A stretch of 64,000 bases of DNA from Raillietiella orientalis (Eukaryota): NCBI GenBank assembly GCA_036172245.1, contig JAYWIR010000015.1, forward strand, positions 62,001-126,000, given 5' to 3'. Shown here in pieces: positions 12,541-25,254 of this stretch. The notes beneath the pieces were generated by a model, which saw only the letters and a program-made list of their open reading frames with translations, had not been told where the DNA came from and made no database searches. The position numbers were made by a program, and so were the translations under genes. How positions within the stretch are numbered: the stretch's first letter is position 1; each line of letters starts with the position of its first letter.

Positions 12541-15500
12541 CAGCAATGCGCGGTCTCGCTTCTTCCCGTCGCGTCCGAGTGGCCTGTTAGAACGTCAACG
12601 GGCTGCAGGACAACGAGAAGAGGCGATTGGTTGCCAACGTCTTGCGCGACTTCGATCTGGCCCTGCTGCAGGAGATTCACGCACTCTCCGAGCAGCAAGC
12701 GGCCGATCTGCAAGTTCGCGCAGGCGGGACGCTCCATTGGAGGTCAGGCTCCCAGAATACCTGCGGAGTCGCATTCCTTGTCCGGGGCAGGGTGGCGGGA
12801 GCGATGCGGAGCGTTTGTTTCGACGAGGAAGGTCGTGTGGGCCAACTTGTTCTCAAGTGGTCCGAATCGATCAACCTTGTCGTCACGAACGTGTACGCGC
12901 CGAGCGGCTCCGCGCGTCACACCGAGAAACTGGAGTTTTTCGAGAGACTGCGCGACCGCTGGCTCAGCAACTCCGGCCCCGACGTGGCTCACCTTGTAGC
13001 CGGGGACTTCAACGTCCACGCGCTATCGGAGGAGTCTCACCGTCGCCGGGAGAAACGGCTGGTGAACGAGGTTTGCGCGTCGGTGCACGCCTCGAATTTG
13101 CTGGCCGACGATCCCGGAATGCGTGCTTTGCCGGACCATGTGTTCCTCGACGATCACCTGCATTGCCGGGTGGGTCGAAGAGGTCCCGTGCCGTCCGAGC
13201 TTTCCGACCACTACAGGCTGGAGTTTGAGCTACTCCCGCCTGGCAAGGGCCCTCCGACGCACGTCTGGAGGTTGCCGGCCGACTGGTTGAGAAATCCGGT
13301 GGCTGCGGAGCACCTCCGCCAGCATCTCCGGACCTTTGCCGTTCGAGAGCTCGTGGACTGGGACGATCTGAAAAGATCGGTCCGCGAGTTCTGCAGCCGG
13401 TTCCCCTTGCGCCTGCTTCCCCGTGGCTTCGGGGAAGGCGTGGCCAACAGCAGAGAGTTTCTGCAGGCCCGCCAATTCTTTCGATGCCCGGACGTCCGGT
13501 ACCTTGCGGAGTACAAGGCCAAGGCCGAGCGCCAGGTCTGGCAGTCAGGAGCAGCTTGTCTGCTCGACGACCAGGGCCTGGAGTGCTCGGGCGCGGCCGA
13601 AGTTCGCCGCCTCCTAAAGCGCTATTACTCCTTGTTGTACGCTAGGGAGCCGACGGAACGCAGTCTCTCGGAGCTGCTTCTGCCGGCGGATTCCCCGGCG
13701 GTCGACGAGGAGGAACGCGCCACTCTTGACTTGCCCTTCACGGCATCAACCGTGTCTTCCGCCATAGCGGGCCTCAAGAAGCGCAAGGCGCCAGGTGAGG
13801 ATGGTCTGCCTGCGGAGTTCTTCCAGTGCTTCGCGGCGGAACTCATCCCCCTGGTGCTGAGGCTTTCTGCGCTGATGCGAGAGACGGGCAATGTCCCGGC
13901 CTCGTTTCGCTCAGCAAGGGTGCGTCTGTTGCCGAAAGGCGGAGACATGCGCCATTTAAGCAACTGGCGTCCCATCACCTTGGTGAATGCGGACGTCAAG
14001 TTGTTCTCCAGGCTGTGGGTCGCGCGCCTGGGCAGGATCGCTGGATCCGTGGTAAGTCCGGAGCAGTCTTACGCTGTTTCCGGGCGGTCCATGGAGGCGA
14101 ACCTGTTCTTCGCGCGCACGTGGCTCGAGCTGCAACGCTGCGTGGCGCACGACAGCCAGGCAACCGCGTCTGCGGCTGCCGAGGCTAGGCGTCGCTGCAT
14201 TCGGCCTGGGGAAGCGCCGGGTGCCTTGGCGGTCGCGGTCGATCTCCGCAAGGCGTTCGATTGCGTAAATCAGGATCTCCTGCTGGAGCTCCTGGAACGC
14301 CTCGGTCTCCCGGTGCACCTCGTGGCGTATTTGCGCGCTTGCTGGCCCCACGCGCTCATTTCCATCTCTTTTAGCGGCTGCCACGTGTACGGCATGCCGG
14401 TGCGGCGGGGCATCAGGCAGGGCGACAGCTTAAGCCCGTTGCTCTTCAGCATCTTCTTTGAGTTGGTGCTGAGGGCGTACAGGCTGACGCTGGCCAACCT
14501 GCCGAGCTCTTGTCCAGGAACGCCGTCCGTGGCGGCCTATGCTGACGACCTGCTCCTCCTCTTACCCATGACCACCCCGGCATCCAGTCTCGAGGATTTC
14601 TTCGAGCTGATTCGCCGGGGAGCGGGCATGAGCGTAAACCGGAGCAAGAGCGTGGTCGCACCTATTGGTGCGGCGTGGGAGGGGCAGTCCGACTGGATCC
14701 GCCTGGGGATCCCGACCGCTTCCTCCGTGCAATATCTGGGCGTTCCGCTGGGGAACATCAGCCCAGTGGAAGTGTGGTCGGACTGCCTTCGGAAGGCTTC
14801 GAATGCCCTGAGCCCGTTCCACCATGGCAGGTTCGTCCTGCCGGAGCGGGCCACGATATGGAACACCTTCGTTGCCCCTCTCTTGCGCCCCCTGCTTTTT
14901 GTTTGCCCGCCCCCCTACTCGGCCAAGCTCCAGGCGCACAGCCTGTTGAGGAACGCTCTGTGGGGACCTGCGAGGTCCAGGATCCGCCTCAAAGACTTGG
15001 CGGCTCCGCGTCGGGATGCTGGCTTAGGCATCCTGACGCTGGAGAGAATCGAGCTGCAGGTGCAGCTTCGGATGTTGGCCCTGTGCGCCAACCTTTGGTC
15101 CACTCCGTGGTGCGCTCCCGCGCGCCTGCTTCTGCGGCGCTGCACAGGCAGCGATGGACTTCTGTCGCTGCGGCCGCACACGGAGCGCGCCACGAGAAGC
15201 TTCGGTTTCCCCTTGAAACCGCTGTATCGGCTCCTGGAAGCCCAGGAATGGATCTCCTGCCGCCCAACGAACTTTGAAGCCTGGCGGCAGGAACCGTTGC
15301 ATGGCTGGGCAAAGCACCAGGATGTTTCCCTCCTGGAACTCCGTTGCGCTCACCTCTCCCCGTACTGCACGGTGGATGAGGTGTGCAACAGCCAGGAGAA
15401 GTGGACCCGCCTGGCCGTCACCCCCCTCGAAGACGCACTGTCAGCCCTCAGGGCAAGAGATGACAGTTGCGAACCGGCGAGATGGGAGGTCGCCTGCACC

Positions 15501-16105
15501 ATCGCAGGAACAACGCGACCTATTGGCGGCTGGATGACTTGCGAGCTGGCGGACGCCGCCACACCTCGCCACGTTCCGAAGGGACTCCTTCGGTGGAGCG
15601 AACACTTGAGTGTGCCCCTTGAAGAACTTGTGGTTCCTCCCTCGTGTCTGAACACTTCTGTGTTCCCCCTTTCGTGGAAGCAGGACGTGATTATGCTGGT
15701 GCATTGGGGTTTTCACTCCAACCAGCGGACGTACCGTGTTTACGGGGGAGTTGTCTTTCTGCATTGTAAGTGGTGCGGGAAAGTGAAAACGCTCCCGCAC
15801 CTGCCACTGGACTGCAGTGTCCTCCAAGGACTATAGCGGAGGCTGGCCCCAGCTCTCCAGAACCAGGGGGACACCGCAAGAGACTTGATGCGCCGCTTCT
15901 TCATGCCAGGCGGCCTGTCTTTAGGTGCTGTCATCGCAATGGTCTCTCCCGCTCCATCGACAGGGCTCACCGAGAGTTGGACAAGCAGGCCATTCTACGT
16001 CAGCCCACCGGAATAGCCAGAGCGAACATGTCGTCGGCTTCCGAGTGGGCCCATCTTCCAGAGAGCAATAGGAGCGAGATCGCCGGCATCTATAGGCGGT
16101 TTTGA
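12531..16105 (+). pseudogene. ORF2 (APE-RT-CCHC) of copy E with nonsense changes
   Basis: ATG at 12531 overlaps the ORF1 end. TAG at 12588 replaces W of WNVNG, TAG at 15834, and a late frameshift. Motifs LQEIH, GDFN, SDH, DLRKAFD, GIRQGD, YADD, YLGV, CKWC..H..C. Confidence 0.92.
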
Positions 16106-16336
16106 AAGAATGGAACGGCCGCACCAAAGATCCCTGTACCCTACCCTCACCATATCTTTATTTTTATTTTTTATATGTGTATTCGCGGTACCCTCCCTCT
16201 CGTTCCGGACTTTCGGTATACCGACCCGTGTGTCGGGGATACCCCCCTTCGTTTCTTCTGTGTCCTTTGTCCGGGAACTCTGTTCCTGGATAGTTTAGTA
16301 ATAAGCGCCCCGGCGCAACCGGGTGACAAGCAGCAA

Positions 16337-16570
16337 CTGTGATCCCTTCCCATACCCTCCCACCTTTTCTTTTCTTTCTGTTTTGTTTTTTGTTTTTCTC
16401 CTTCCCCCTGCTGCCGTTGTGGACCGTACCAGTCTGCCAGCCGGTGACCCGGCTGGCTGTGTTTGTTCGTGCGTAGCTGGAGCATTGGTCCAGCTACGCA
16501 CGAACGTCCACTGAGGTCTTTGTTAAAGTTTATTTTTTCATAAATGACCCGGCGAAACCCAGGTGAAAAT
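16337..16570 (+). mobile_element. Orphan second 3' UTR of the same family (D-like), directly after copy E
   Basis: Starts at the gTGAtccc stop context and aligns by eye with the reverse complement of 6960-7105; hairpins at 16436-16457 and 16465-16505; terminal cccggcgaaaccc. Confidence 0.8.
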
Positions 16571-19500
16571 CTAAACCTATACGCAAGTCGACGGCGACCG
16601 CAAGGGATCCGAGCGCCACTTGTCCCCGTCGTCTACCCTTCCCGCGTTCAGTGGAAAGTCCAGGAATCTCCCGACCAAGATGCGTCTCCCGTTGTTGCAA
16701 CTGCAAACTTACGAGAGGATGCCGATTACTGAATCCTGTTACCGCAACCTATTCTCCGGTAAGAAAGATGCATCTCTAGAGATGTCAAAACTCCACAGCA
16801 CTACGTTGGGCATTCTCTTTCGCATGGTCAACGCCGAATCGCTTCCAAGGGCAACGCTTAGACTTGCAAGTTGACCCTTTCACTGTGGGATTCGTTTGAC
16901 CGTGCAGAGAGGACCACACGAGGTGGGCCGCATTTGTTGCAAGTGCTTCCATCATGAATAAATGCGTGCCTGTTGCGAGCAAAACAAGGGTTCTCTCCAA
17001 GTTGCGAAAGCGGACGGATGGAGCGCTAGGAATGATCACCGGATTTTTGAATTGCAGCTGCTTCGATCGCGATATGCACCGCTCCTGATGGCGTTCCCGC
17101 TGATCACTGCGCTGTGCACTGTGTCACCATGGGGTCTCCTGCTCCGATGTCTTTGCTGTTGCACCCAATAGCGAAAGCGCTTCCGATGGTGCATGCCGTG
17201 CAGCAAACACTTCCGCTGCTGACACGCTCTTTCTTCGCCAACTGTTGTAGACACTCCAATCGATCTGCGTGTTGCGGAATGAGCCGCACCTGCAACCGAG
17301 CTGCATGTGGAAAGCGAGGAGCGTGCAGTTCTCTGCGACCCGAGGAGGTTTCCTAGTGTACATGCGGACGTCATTCTTTTGCGCTCATACAACCGCATTC
17401 CTTCATCTCCTTCACTGATCCCAGGAACCATCGCAAGTACTTTGCCCGCAATGTCCAGGCACGCCAGCAAACATTCCAAGTTTTGGAAAGCTTGCAGTGC
17501 TTCCAAAACTACTCTCCTTCAATGTCCGTTGGATTTCGTTGTTCATCTAGTGCAAATGGGAAAACAACTTAGGCGTGAGGAGGTTGCCACAAAGAATGTT
17601 ATCGGTATGTGAGCAATTTGTGAAAAAAACAAAGGCTGATCGTTATACCTTCTTTTGTTTGCAACTCCCATGCAGGCAATCTCAATCCAAATCCCTTCAG
17701 GGAACGGAAGACTTGCAAAAACCCGAAGCGAAAGAACGAGGTGGTAGTTTGATGAATGCGTGGTAGGAGCAAGTGTGCATCAGCTGTTTGGGGCTGCACT
17801 GGAAGTTCGCCCAAACACACTGGTTCATCTTCAGGAGAGTTCGTGATGCGAAACGTCGTTGCAGTTGCAAGTGCGGAGCTTGGTTGGTGGATTCGCATTT
17901 TCCGAATGCGGAGATTTTTCTGGAGGCAGCCGCTGGTGATGCGCGTTGCAGAATCCTGGAGAACGTGTGAATGAAGGAGAACGAAAATGCTCCGTGCTGA
18001 AAGCTGATGAGCGAATGGTTGCCAGCACAAAAGATATCACCTAGAAATAGAAGGTCCAATTGAGAGGGGAGCATAAATTTAAGAAAAGGAATGCATTAGT
18101 AATGTGGCATGAAAAAATAAAGATGCATACCATGAATGTTGCCGAACCTCAGGATGATAAAAGATCAGGGATAGGTGAACCCAGAAAGTAGAGTTGCAAA
18201 CTCATTCTATTGAATTGAAGCTCACTGGCAGATAACCAGTAGCCTATTGTCTCTACTGATGGGGGCAAATGCATATGTAGAGATTAAAAACATTCTATGG
18301 AATCAAGATGGACGCTCGTTTTGAAAGCCCAGTGCCAGTACCACTCTCAGGTAAGGTGTTCGGAAACCTTTACTTTGATGCACACAGCAAGGAGAGGGTG
18401 ATGGTGGGTAGTGGATAATGGTTCATGCTTTAGATGGGGCTTCTGTAGGGGAAGCAATCTGAAGCAAACAATGAATGTGCGTCGGCCAAACAAGAGAGCA
18501 TGGTAATGCAGACACAGTTGTTCTCGGGGTTCCGAAGGTCTTGCATTAGAATGGGTAGCGTGCACGAATCCGGGAGGCAGACAAGTTACGTTTCCCGTGG
18601 GTATTTGGATCACGGCTCCAGTCGACCGACATAATGGTGACTGAAGCGAATTCAGTTAGCAGGTTGAGACTGCGTGCAACAGGGAACAGAGCATTCAGGC
18701 ATAAACCACGACATAAAACCCAATCTCCTATTTTCAGTCATTAGAAAAGTCTTACTCTCAGTGGACATAATGTGAAGGTCTTCCCACTGCGGTTCGAAGG
18801 AATACTGAGGCGGCTCAAGTCTATCCACTAATGTGAACCAGTTCCTTTTTCGTAAGGGAAAAGAGGAAAATGTGTTCGCCTGGTACGGAATGTTTGGATG
18901 GCATGCCGGTTTGCATTCTCAATATGGACGTGGAGCTCAACACTGTTCAATCTTCTGAATGTTGGTGCCTTCGTCACCTTTGGATGGAAACCTCTGTGGC
19001 TAAAACTTCATCTTTGCAGCTTTGGAGAGCAGTGGTTTCAGGAGAGTTTGCTCTCAATTGAACGTGCAGGGTGTGTGTTGAAATTGGAAGCGGAAAAGGA
19101 GTGTCACATTCAAATGTGCGCCAAAAATGAGTAAATGTAGTGAAAATCGCAATTTCGAAGTCGACTTTGATCTTTTATGGTTTTTTTCTGCTTGTTTTCA
19201 TTTTTCGTTTCAGGGTTCACGCATTCGTGTTGCAAAGATGCACGAGGGAACGGAAAATCGAAACAACGCTGAAAGGTGGCTGAGTATTTTGCAAAACTTC
19301 GATCGTGCCGTCGCCTGGTGACAAGCTCTTTGTGATGAGGAATGGGCGACTTGGTAGTCGGTAGTGACATGCCTTGGTAAATCCGAGAACTGAAAGATCA
19401 TTCGAACTCGTATTTATTGTCACTGCTTCGCCTGCCTTGGACTGTGCAACCAAAGCAGCAGTTTCGTGTCGCCGTGACGTAGGGGAGTGGTACCGATCAG

Positions 19501-22500
19501 AAAACGGGACAGCAACACGCGTGCCTCGCTATCCGTCTGCAAATCGCTCCCCGCCACCGGCATCACGTCGAAACGATGCCACGCGAGAAGCACACGAAAC
19601 ATTCATACGACTTCCTGGAATTGCCTTTCTTCCGGAACTGTGGCGTTCGCATCGACAAAATGCTCACGCAGCCGTTTGCACTCAAAGAAATGCCCACTTT
19701 GTTCTCGAAATAATTTGAAGAACAAATAGCGCTTGTGAAATTCCCAAAAGCAACGAGTCGCAGCGGCGCTCTTCCGAGATAAACATGCACTTTTTCGAAA
19801 TCCGCACTCTCTTCGCCCGCACCCCTTCCATCGGCTTCGAGTCAAGAACACTTGCAAAGGCTCTACTTTTCTGAACCTCGTTTTTTTCCCGCAGAAGCGA
19901 TGAAAGAAGTTTCTCCACCTCAGGCATGCAAACACGTTCCTCGCTCCACACACCTCACGCACCCCACAGGTGTGCATACGCTTGTAGGTCACCGTGCAGA
20001 TTCGGACGCGCATCCGCAAAGTCCAGCCGAGGCACCGAAAGGGAGTAGACGCGCGTGCAGTGGCCGGAAAGCAAAACGCGTTACACCAACCTTCTCGGCA
20101 ACCAGGCCAGCAATCCCCCCAGTCACATTGAACGCTCCGTTTGATGAAGAACCCATCTGGAGAGTGCTGCTTTCTCGTTCGCTATTCGAGGTTATGCGTG
20201 CCTCAGCACCAATTTCCAGGAGCCGACGGCAATTCTGCGCAATCGATTCCCCAGACACGGGAATTGTGCGGGTTGTTTCTCTCGGTGCGCTGCGGCTCCT
20301 TGAGCAGCATCTCCGGAAAATGATTTCCTGTTACCTTGCTACGTTGCCGCCTCCGTCTTTATTCAATGCTTGCACATCGTTGATTTGATTATTCGAAAGT
20401 AACTGGTATTCTCAATACATGGTAATTACATGTTGCAATCAAGATGCAGCACAAAAAAGTATAATTTGTGTACCAAAGTTTTAAACTTGAATATATAGAT
20501 GTAATTTTATCTTGAAATAGCATTTGTTTGTAAATTTATTTAAGTGTAAATTGAATTCAATAATCAACGAACACAAATTGCCCGTCGCTCTGATATAAGA
20601 TCACATAAGTCGCAACATAGTGGAAGTCCCGGAAGGTATATCTACGCAAGGGGGTAATTTACTAATTACCTCATTCACACTGGTGAAGAAGAAACGGCGA
20701 CGACCGCCACGAGACCTCGCGCGAAACAATCCGCCACACACTCTGCTCGGACGCCTGCTCCCAATTGAACCACTGCCAGAGCTAATGTTGAACTACCAAA
20801 GAAACAACCCTTTTTGGATATGGAGCTAGTCGGAAGGCCCTAAGGAGTCTGGCTATACCGTAGGATAGAGCGACCAGGTAGGTAGACACTTCTTAGAAAC
20901 TGTGAAATCCAAAAAATGGAAGCAATTAATTGGAGGATCAGCTTGCACATAACCACAACTCGGCCGAAATAAACATGATCGGAACAGCCTCCAGTGTTGA
21001 GTGACCAAGGCGGGTCGAGGTAGCATCAGGAAGAGGAGGAAACAGGGCAAGACGGATACAGGGGCACGCTAACAGGTGTGGTGGTTCATGAACATAGCTG
21101 GAAAAGTTACATGACATGGATGGATTTGAAGAACCGAAACTGGGAGCGTGCAATTACCTCGCATGTGTGACAGTGTTCGATTCAACCTTTGTAGATAGGG
21201 GAGGCGCAACCCCATGACTACATTGGGATGCTGGACTAGGATTGCAAAGGTGGTCCTTTTACTTACAGCATTCGTGTACACCTTCTTCAATTAGGAAACT
21301 CAATCTAGCATTCAAGACAGCCTACTTGAGAGTGGACTAGATAGATTAGCTCGTGGGGTAACTCGGTGGGCTTTTCGAAGAGGTGAAAGCTAACGCGAGT
21401 GACGAACTAGTGGGCCCGAACACGTTTCCCAACCTAGCCGGCTACCGCCATCGCTCAGTCACAGGCGAAAATCGAACATGACGATAAGGCTTTGTCCTAG
21501 ACCAGTTGGTCAAACTGATCTGCAACTTGCTCTAGACGGCTCTGTACAGTTGATGATATTCTCACTCCACTCATTGTCTGAACCTAACTTCCTCCTTTCT
21601 CGTCGTTAACGTCTCGTAGGTCCGAAAACTTGGGGTAGGACGCATTTATAGCAGCCTAGAAAGCGTTTGCATTCTTTCTCTAGAAATGTCCGCAACAGCA
21701 AATCCGCTTGACAGCTTCTTTGTTCCTCATGCTGTTAGGAAAACATGTCAGTAGGTGTATGGACAAGAAAAAAATCACTCATTGGAAAACTCAAAAAAGC
21801 AAACTTGTTCGTAGTAGACTGCGTAATGCGAATTCTTGTCCATTGCTTTGACAGCGGACTGCTTGCGTTCGGAATCCGAAACCAAGTTAGGATGCCTTCG
21901 CTGCAAATGAATGGAGTCTTCGAAATTTGCCAAACTTATTGAGCATGTGAAAAGCAGTGCTGAACAAAGGCAAAAAGCTTGGTGATCGCAACGAATCCGT
22001 TGCGGTTTTCTTTATCTCTCTGTTTCAGTTGTACGTAATCGCAGAGGAGCCTTTCAGAGACTTTCGTTTCCTTTTCGTTTGTTCGTTCGCTTCATGCCCT
22101 CCTCCCTTCCACTCGAAGCAGAATACGAAGCATATTCGGAAGCTGGAATCCTTTGTTCTCGAACGAAGCCCGGAATGAAGAAACACTCCACTTTCCCATA
22201 CAATATGCCTTTTTTTGTAGCACTCCTAGAAAGACAGAGAGCATCTAAATGAAGCTGGCTGAAAGGGACTCAACGGAATTCGAGAGCAAATCGCACCACA
22301 CCATCGAATTCAGGCTGCAAACGGCGAACGTGAACTCACACACGAGGCACAATATTGTGTACAAGTCGGACTGAGATGACGACGCAATCCAGCATTTCTG
22401 GTTACCACTTTCCACAATGCAGTGGAATCATGCGCTGGTATTGAATACTAGAGCTTTTCATCCAAGATGCTTGTTCGATGCTGCTGAACAAGAAAGGTCA

Positions 22501-22549
22501 ATACTTCAAAATGAAAACATGATTCAGCCACAGTCGGGTTCAAATGGAG

Positions 22550-24100
22550 GTAGCCATACACTGACTCTCACTGAACAGGGAAACCAGATGATCAAAGACG
22601 ACAAATTTCTAGTATTTTTGTGCAGGATGAAGTTCATGGAATGAAAAGTACACCCGAAAAAGTAATTCATGAGACTAGAACACAATGGTGTTCGAATGCG
22701 CCAGCCAAATACCTTTACCACTTAATATCGAAAGAATTCCAAGCACAGTGCCATGTTTCCATGCAAACATCAATTTCTTCTGCAAGTTTTCGAAATCACG
22801 TATCTCAGTTTCAAGACAAACCTCTATTTCCCAATGACACAATAAGCAGTACAATAAACATCCTTTCTTCACTGCTCCCATTTTTGGAAAAGTGAGAGAG
22901 CTATATCCTGAATTTCACCGGAAACCATGCTTGGTACATGTGGCAGATCTTGTGATTCCGAAAATTGAAAACATCCTGAAGATGGACTGCATTCTCACAG
23001 TCTCAACGCGCAGTCCATCATGCAAACTGTTGGATCCTCCAGCAGGATCAACACTGACTATCCGTTTGCAAGAAAAAAATATTTCAATCTTTTTTCGAAG
23101 AGGAAAACTGCTTCCAAAATGTGTGCTCCAAGTCACCCTACCCGAACCTCCTATGAAAAAAACATGTAACAAAGATCGCAGTAATAAAACATGCTACTTT
23201 GCAATCTGGCTTCGCGGGCTATTGAGAACCTTTTCCAAATGCTCTCAAGTGGTAGCTTATCTTTCCTAGTCTGAAGATACACAAAGAAGAAGCCGGTCGC
23301 AACCATCTCACAGGAAGCGCTGGGCACGACCCGGGCCAGGTTCGGGGAAGCGGCAGTCAGCCCGCAGGCGATCGCGACCTTCCTCTGCGGGTCCGCCCTA
23401 CCGCCGCACCTTCAGCATGGCCTTCTCATCTAGTATGACACGGGCATGCTGCGCGGGACGAGACTCTGAAGCTACATTGGCAGCCCCGACGACGACTGGT
23501 GTCCGGCTTGCGGAGCGAGTGAAAAAAGATCACCTTCGCGTCTCCACTCGGCGCACCCTTATCTACGACTGGACACTGCTGCCGCGAGCCATCCGATCGG
23601 ACAACACCTCGAATCTGCACATCCCAAGAGCACTGTTGCAGGCCGAACAGTGCGTGCCCCGCTACAACCCCACCGTGCGGGTGATCGTCCCCTTCCTTCC
23701 TGAGAGGCATTCTCTTCAGCAGTACGAAACTCACGAGGGGCCGAACGCGCAACGCCCGGGACATCCTGCAAGGACTCTGGGAGAAGGAAATCGCCATTCT
23801 TGCGTGCAGGGGGGTACCCTCCAGCACTTCCTGAGCATTCTGCAGTGACTTGACCGCGAAGGACGCAGTGACGCGGAGAACACTTAATAGCATGCAAAAG
23901 GAGTTCAGCTCTTTCCTCGATCTTCAGTAAACACTTTTACGAGGCAAAACTTCAAGCATATCATGTGGAAGTTTTGCAAACGGTATCGAACGCACATTCC
24001 CTCAACTCCACGTTGCGTTAGCACTCCACCGTGCATTGCAAAATAATACAAAAGATGCAACGGTTACACCTTCAACCCCAACACACTGGGCGTCTTCATA
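22550..24100 (+). mobile_element. Probable decayed hAT (DUF659-type) transposase remnant, interrupted by a LINE fragment
   Basis: VRELYPEFHRKPCLVHVADLVI resembles the hAT CxxH..L motif; ANGYTFNP near 24060 resembles A.YFLNP. Confidence 0.35.
23300..23890 (+). mobile_element. Decayed 3' ORF2 fragment of an A-like element
   Basis: SALPPHLQHGLL, WCPACG, LIYDWTLL, VPRYNPTVR and DILQGLWEKEI match copy A SDLPPGTQDDLL, NCTVCG, LLHDWLIL, VPCYNPMVR and EILQGLLKREI in order. Confidence 0.8.
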
Positions 24101-25254
24101 AGTAAACTTCACCACAAACTTCAATGCCTTTGTTGCTGAAAAAAGACTCCAAATACTTTTGCATCTCGGCTAGCAAAGGCTAAAAATTAATTAAAGCCAT
24201 CAAAGACACATTCTGACGATACGATTCCGTTTCCACTTCCAAAACAACACCCTTTTACAAGTTTCACCTTTTTCCAGAAATCAGGACAGTCATCTAGAAA
24301 ACCAGGCATGATTCTGTGCCCTCATGTTTCAGAATGCATGCTCATTTCTGTGCAAGCTTTTCACCCTTGCACCTTTGGTTGTGAGCATTTCTCTTGCTTT
24401 GGACAACTAGCAAGCCCTGTTTCTTCTCTGGAGGAATCCTTTATGCACTTGTGACATGCAACAGAAATGCAAGCTTTCACAGTGCTTCACAAAAACCAGA
24501 GATTCCATCGAATTCATCAGAGGAACAAGACCACAAAGTCTCATTCCTACTCTTTCATCAAAACAACAATCCCAATAACAAGCATGAAAAATAGGTTGGT
24601 CCACCATATACAGAAATACAGTGGAAACACACAGCTTACAGGCAGACAAAGCAATAGATCCAAAAAAACCTACGCTTTCAACATTTCATAGTAAGTAAAT
24701 GAATGGAATCCGAAAGAATTCTTCATGCTATCATAGTGCCAGCTTTGTGACATAAAAACATTGTCCTCTTTTTGGAATAGCATATTATTGGAGAGTGCAC
24801 AAAACATTGGGAACATAGTGCATCTATACTGCAGACCATATTTCAAAAGTCAAGCAAGAAACAGGAAACACAAGTAGATGACAATATCAGTTGAAGATTT
24901 CTGCAAAATGAAACTGAAAGGAAAACTGTTCTATGAATCAACCAAAGTTTTTTGTTTGCTGAAATAGAGCTTGTGCAAGCTTCAGCAACCCCATTACATC
25001 ACTCACCTACAAAATGTCTCACTGCCAGCCACAAACGCATTTCATGGAATTTTCCAAATCTCTTTTTGCAAAAAATGACTGACACCCAGTTCAGTTTATT
25101 AATCCAAATCTTTTACACACGAATGCACTCAGAATGTTCCATAAAAGTAAGAGCAGCTTAGGCAGATCAACATAAGCATTAATGTTTGCACACTATCCCT
25201 CAATGCTTCACAAGTGACAGCTCTTCAGGAATATTCCATGAATTATGAATGAAA

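Larger units (their letters stand above)
10515..16336 (+). mobile_element. Near full-length L1/Tx1-like copy E
   Basis: Short 5' UTR, ORF1, overlapping ORF2, structured 3' UTR ending ...cccggcgcaaccgggtgacaagcagcaa. Confidence 0.93.

Noticed and set aside
11363..13228. Long alternative-frame and antisense ORFs over the LINEs
   Set aside because: Expected in GC-rich coding DNA; no recognisable motifs.
7255..15836. Many stops at Trp codons (TGG to TAG/TGA), suggesting deaminase or RIP-like editing, or programmed readthrough
   Set aside because: Trp and Gln codons are the expected source of nonsense transitions; stop positions differ between copies; no context statistics available.
18003..18016. 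ctgatgagcgaa resembles a hammerhead ribozyme core
   Set aside because: No GAAA and no closing stems in the right arrangement.
16600..20400. Possible host exons, including a JmjC-like CLPPGFVHAT near 18570
   Set aside because: Could not build a consistent spliced frame or a recognisable protein.
20600..21650. Possible LTR protease or Penelope PFLD remnant
   Set aside because: A single short motif requiring several assumed frameshifts.
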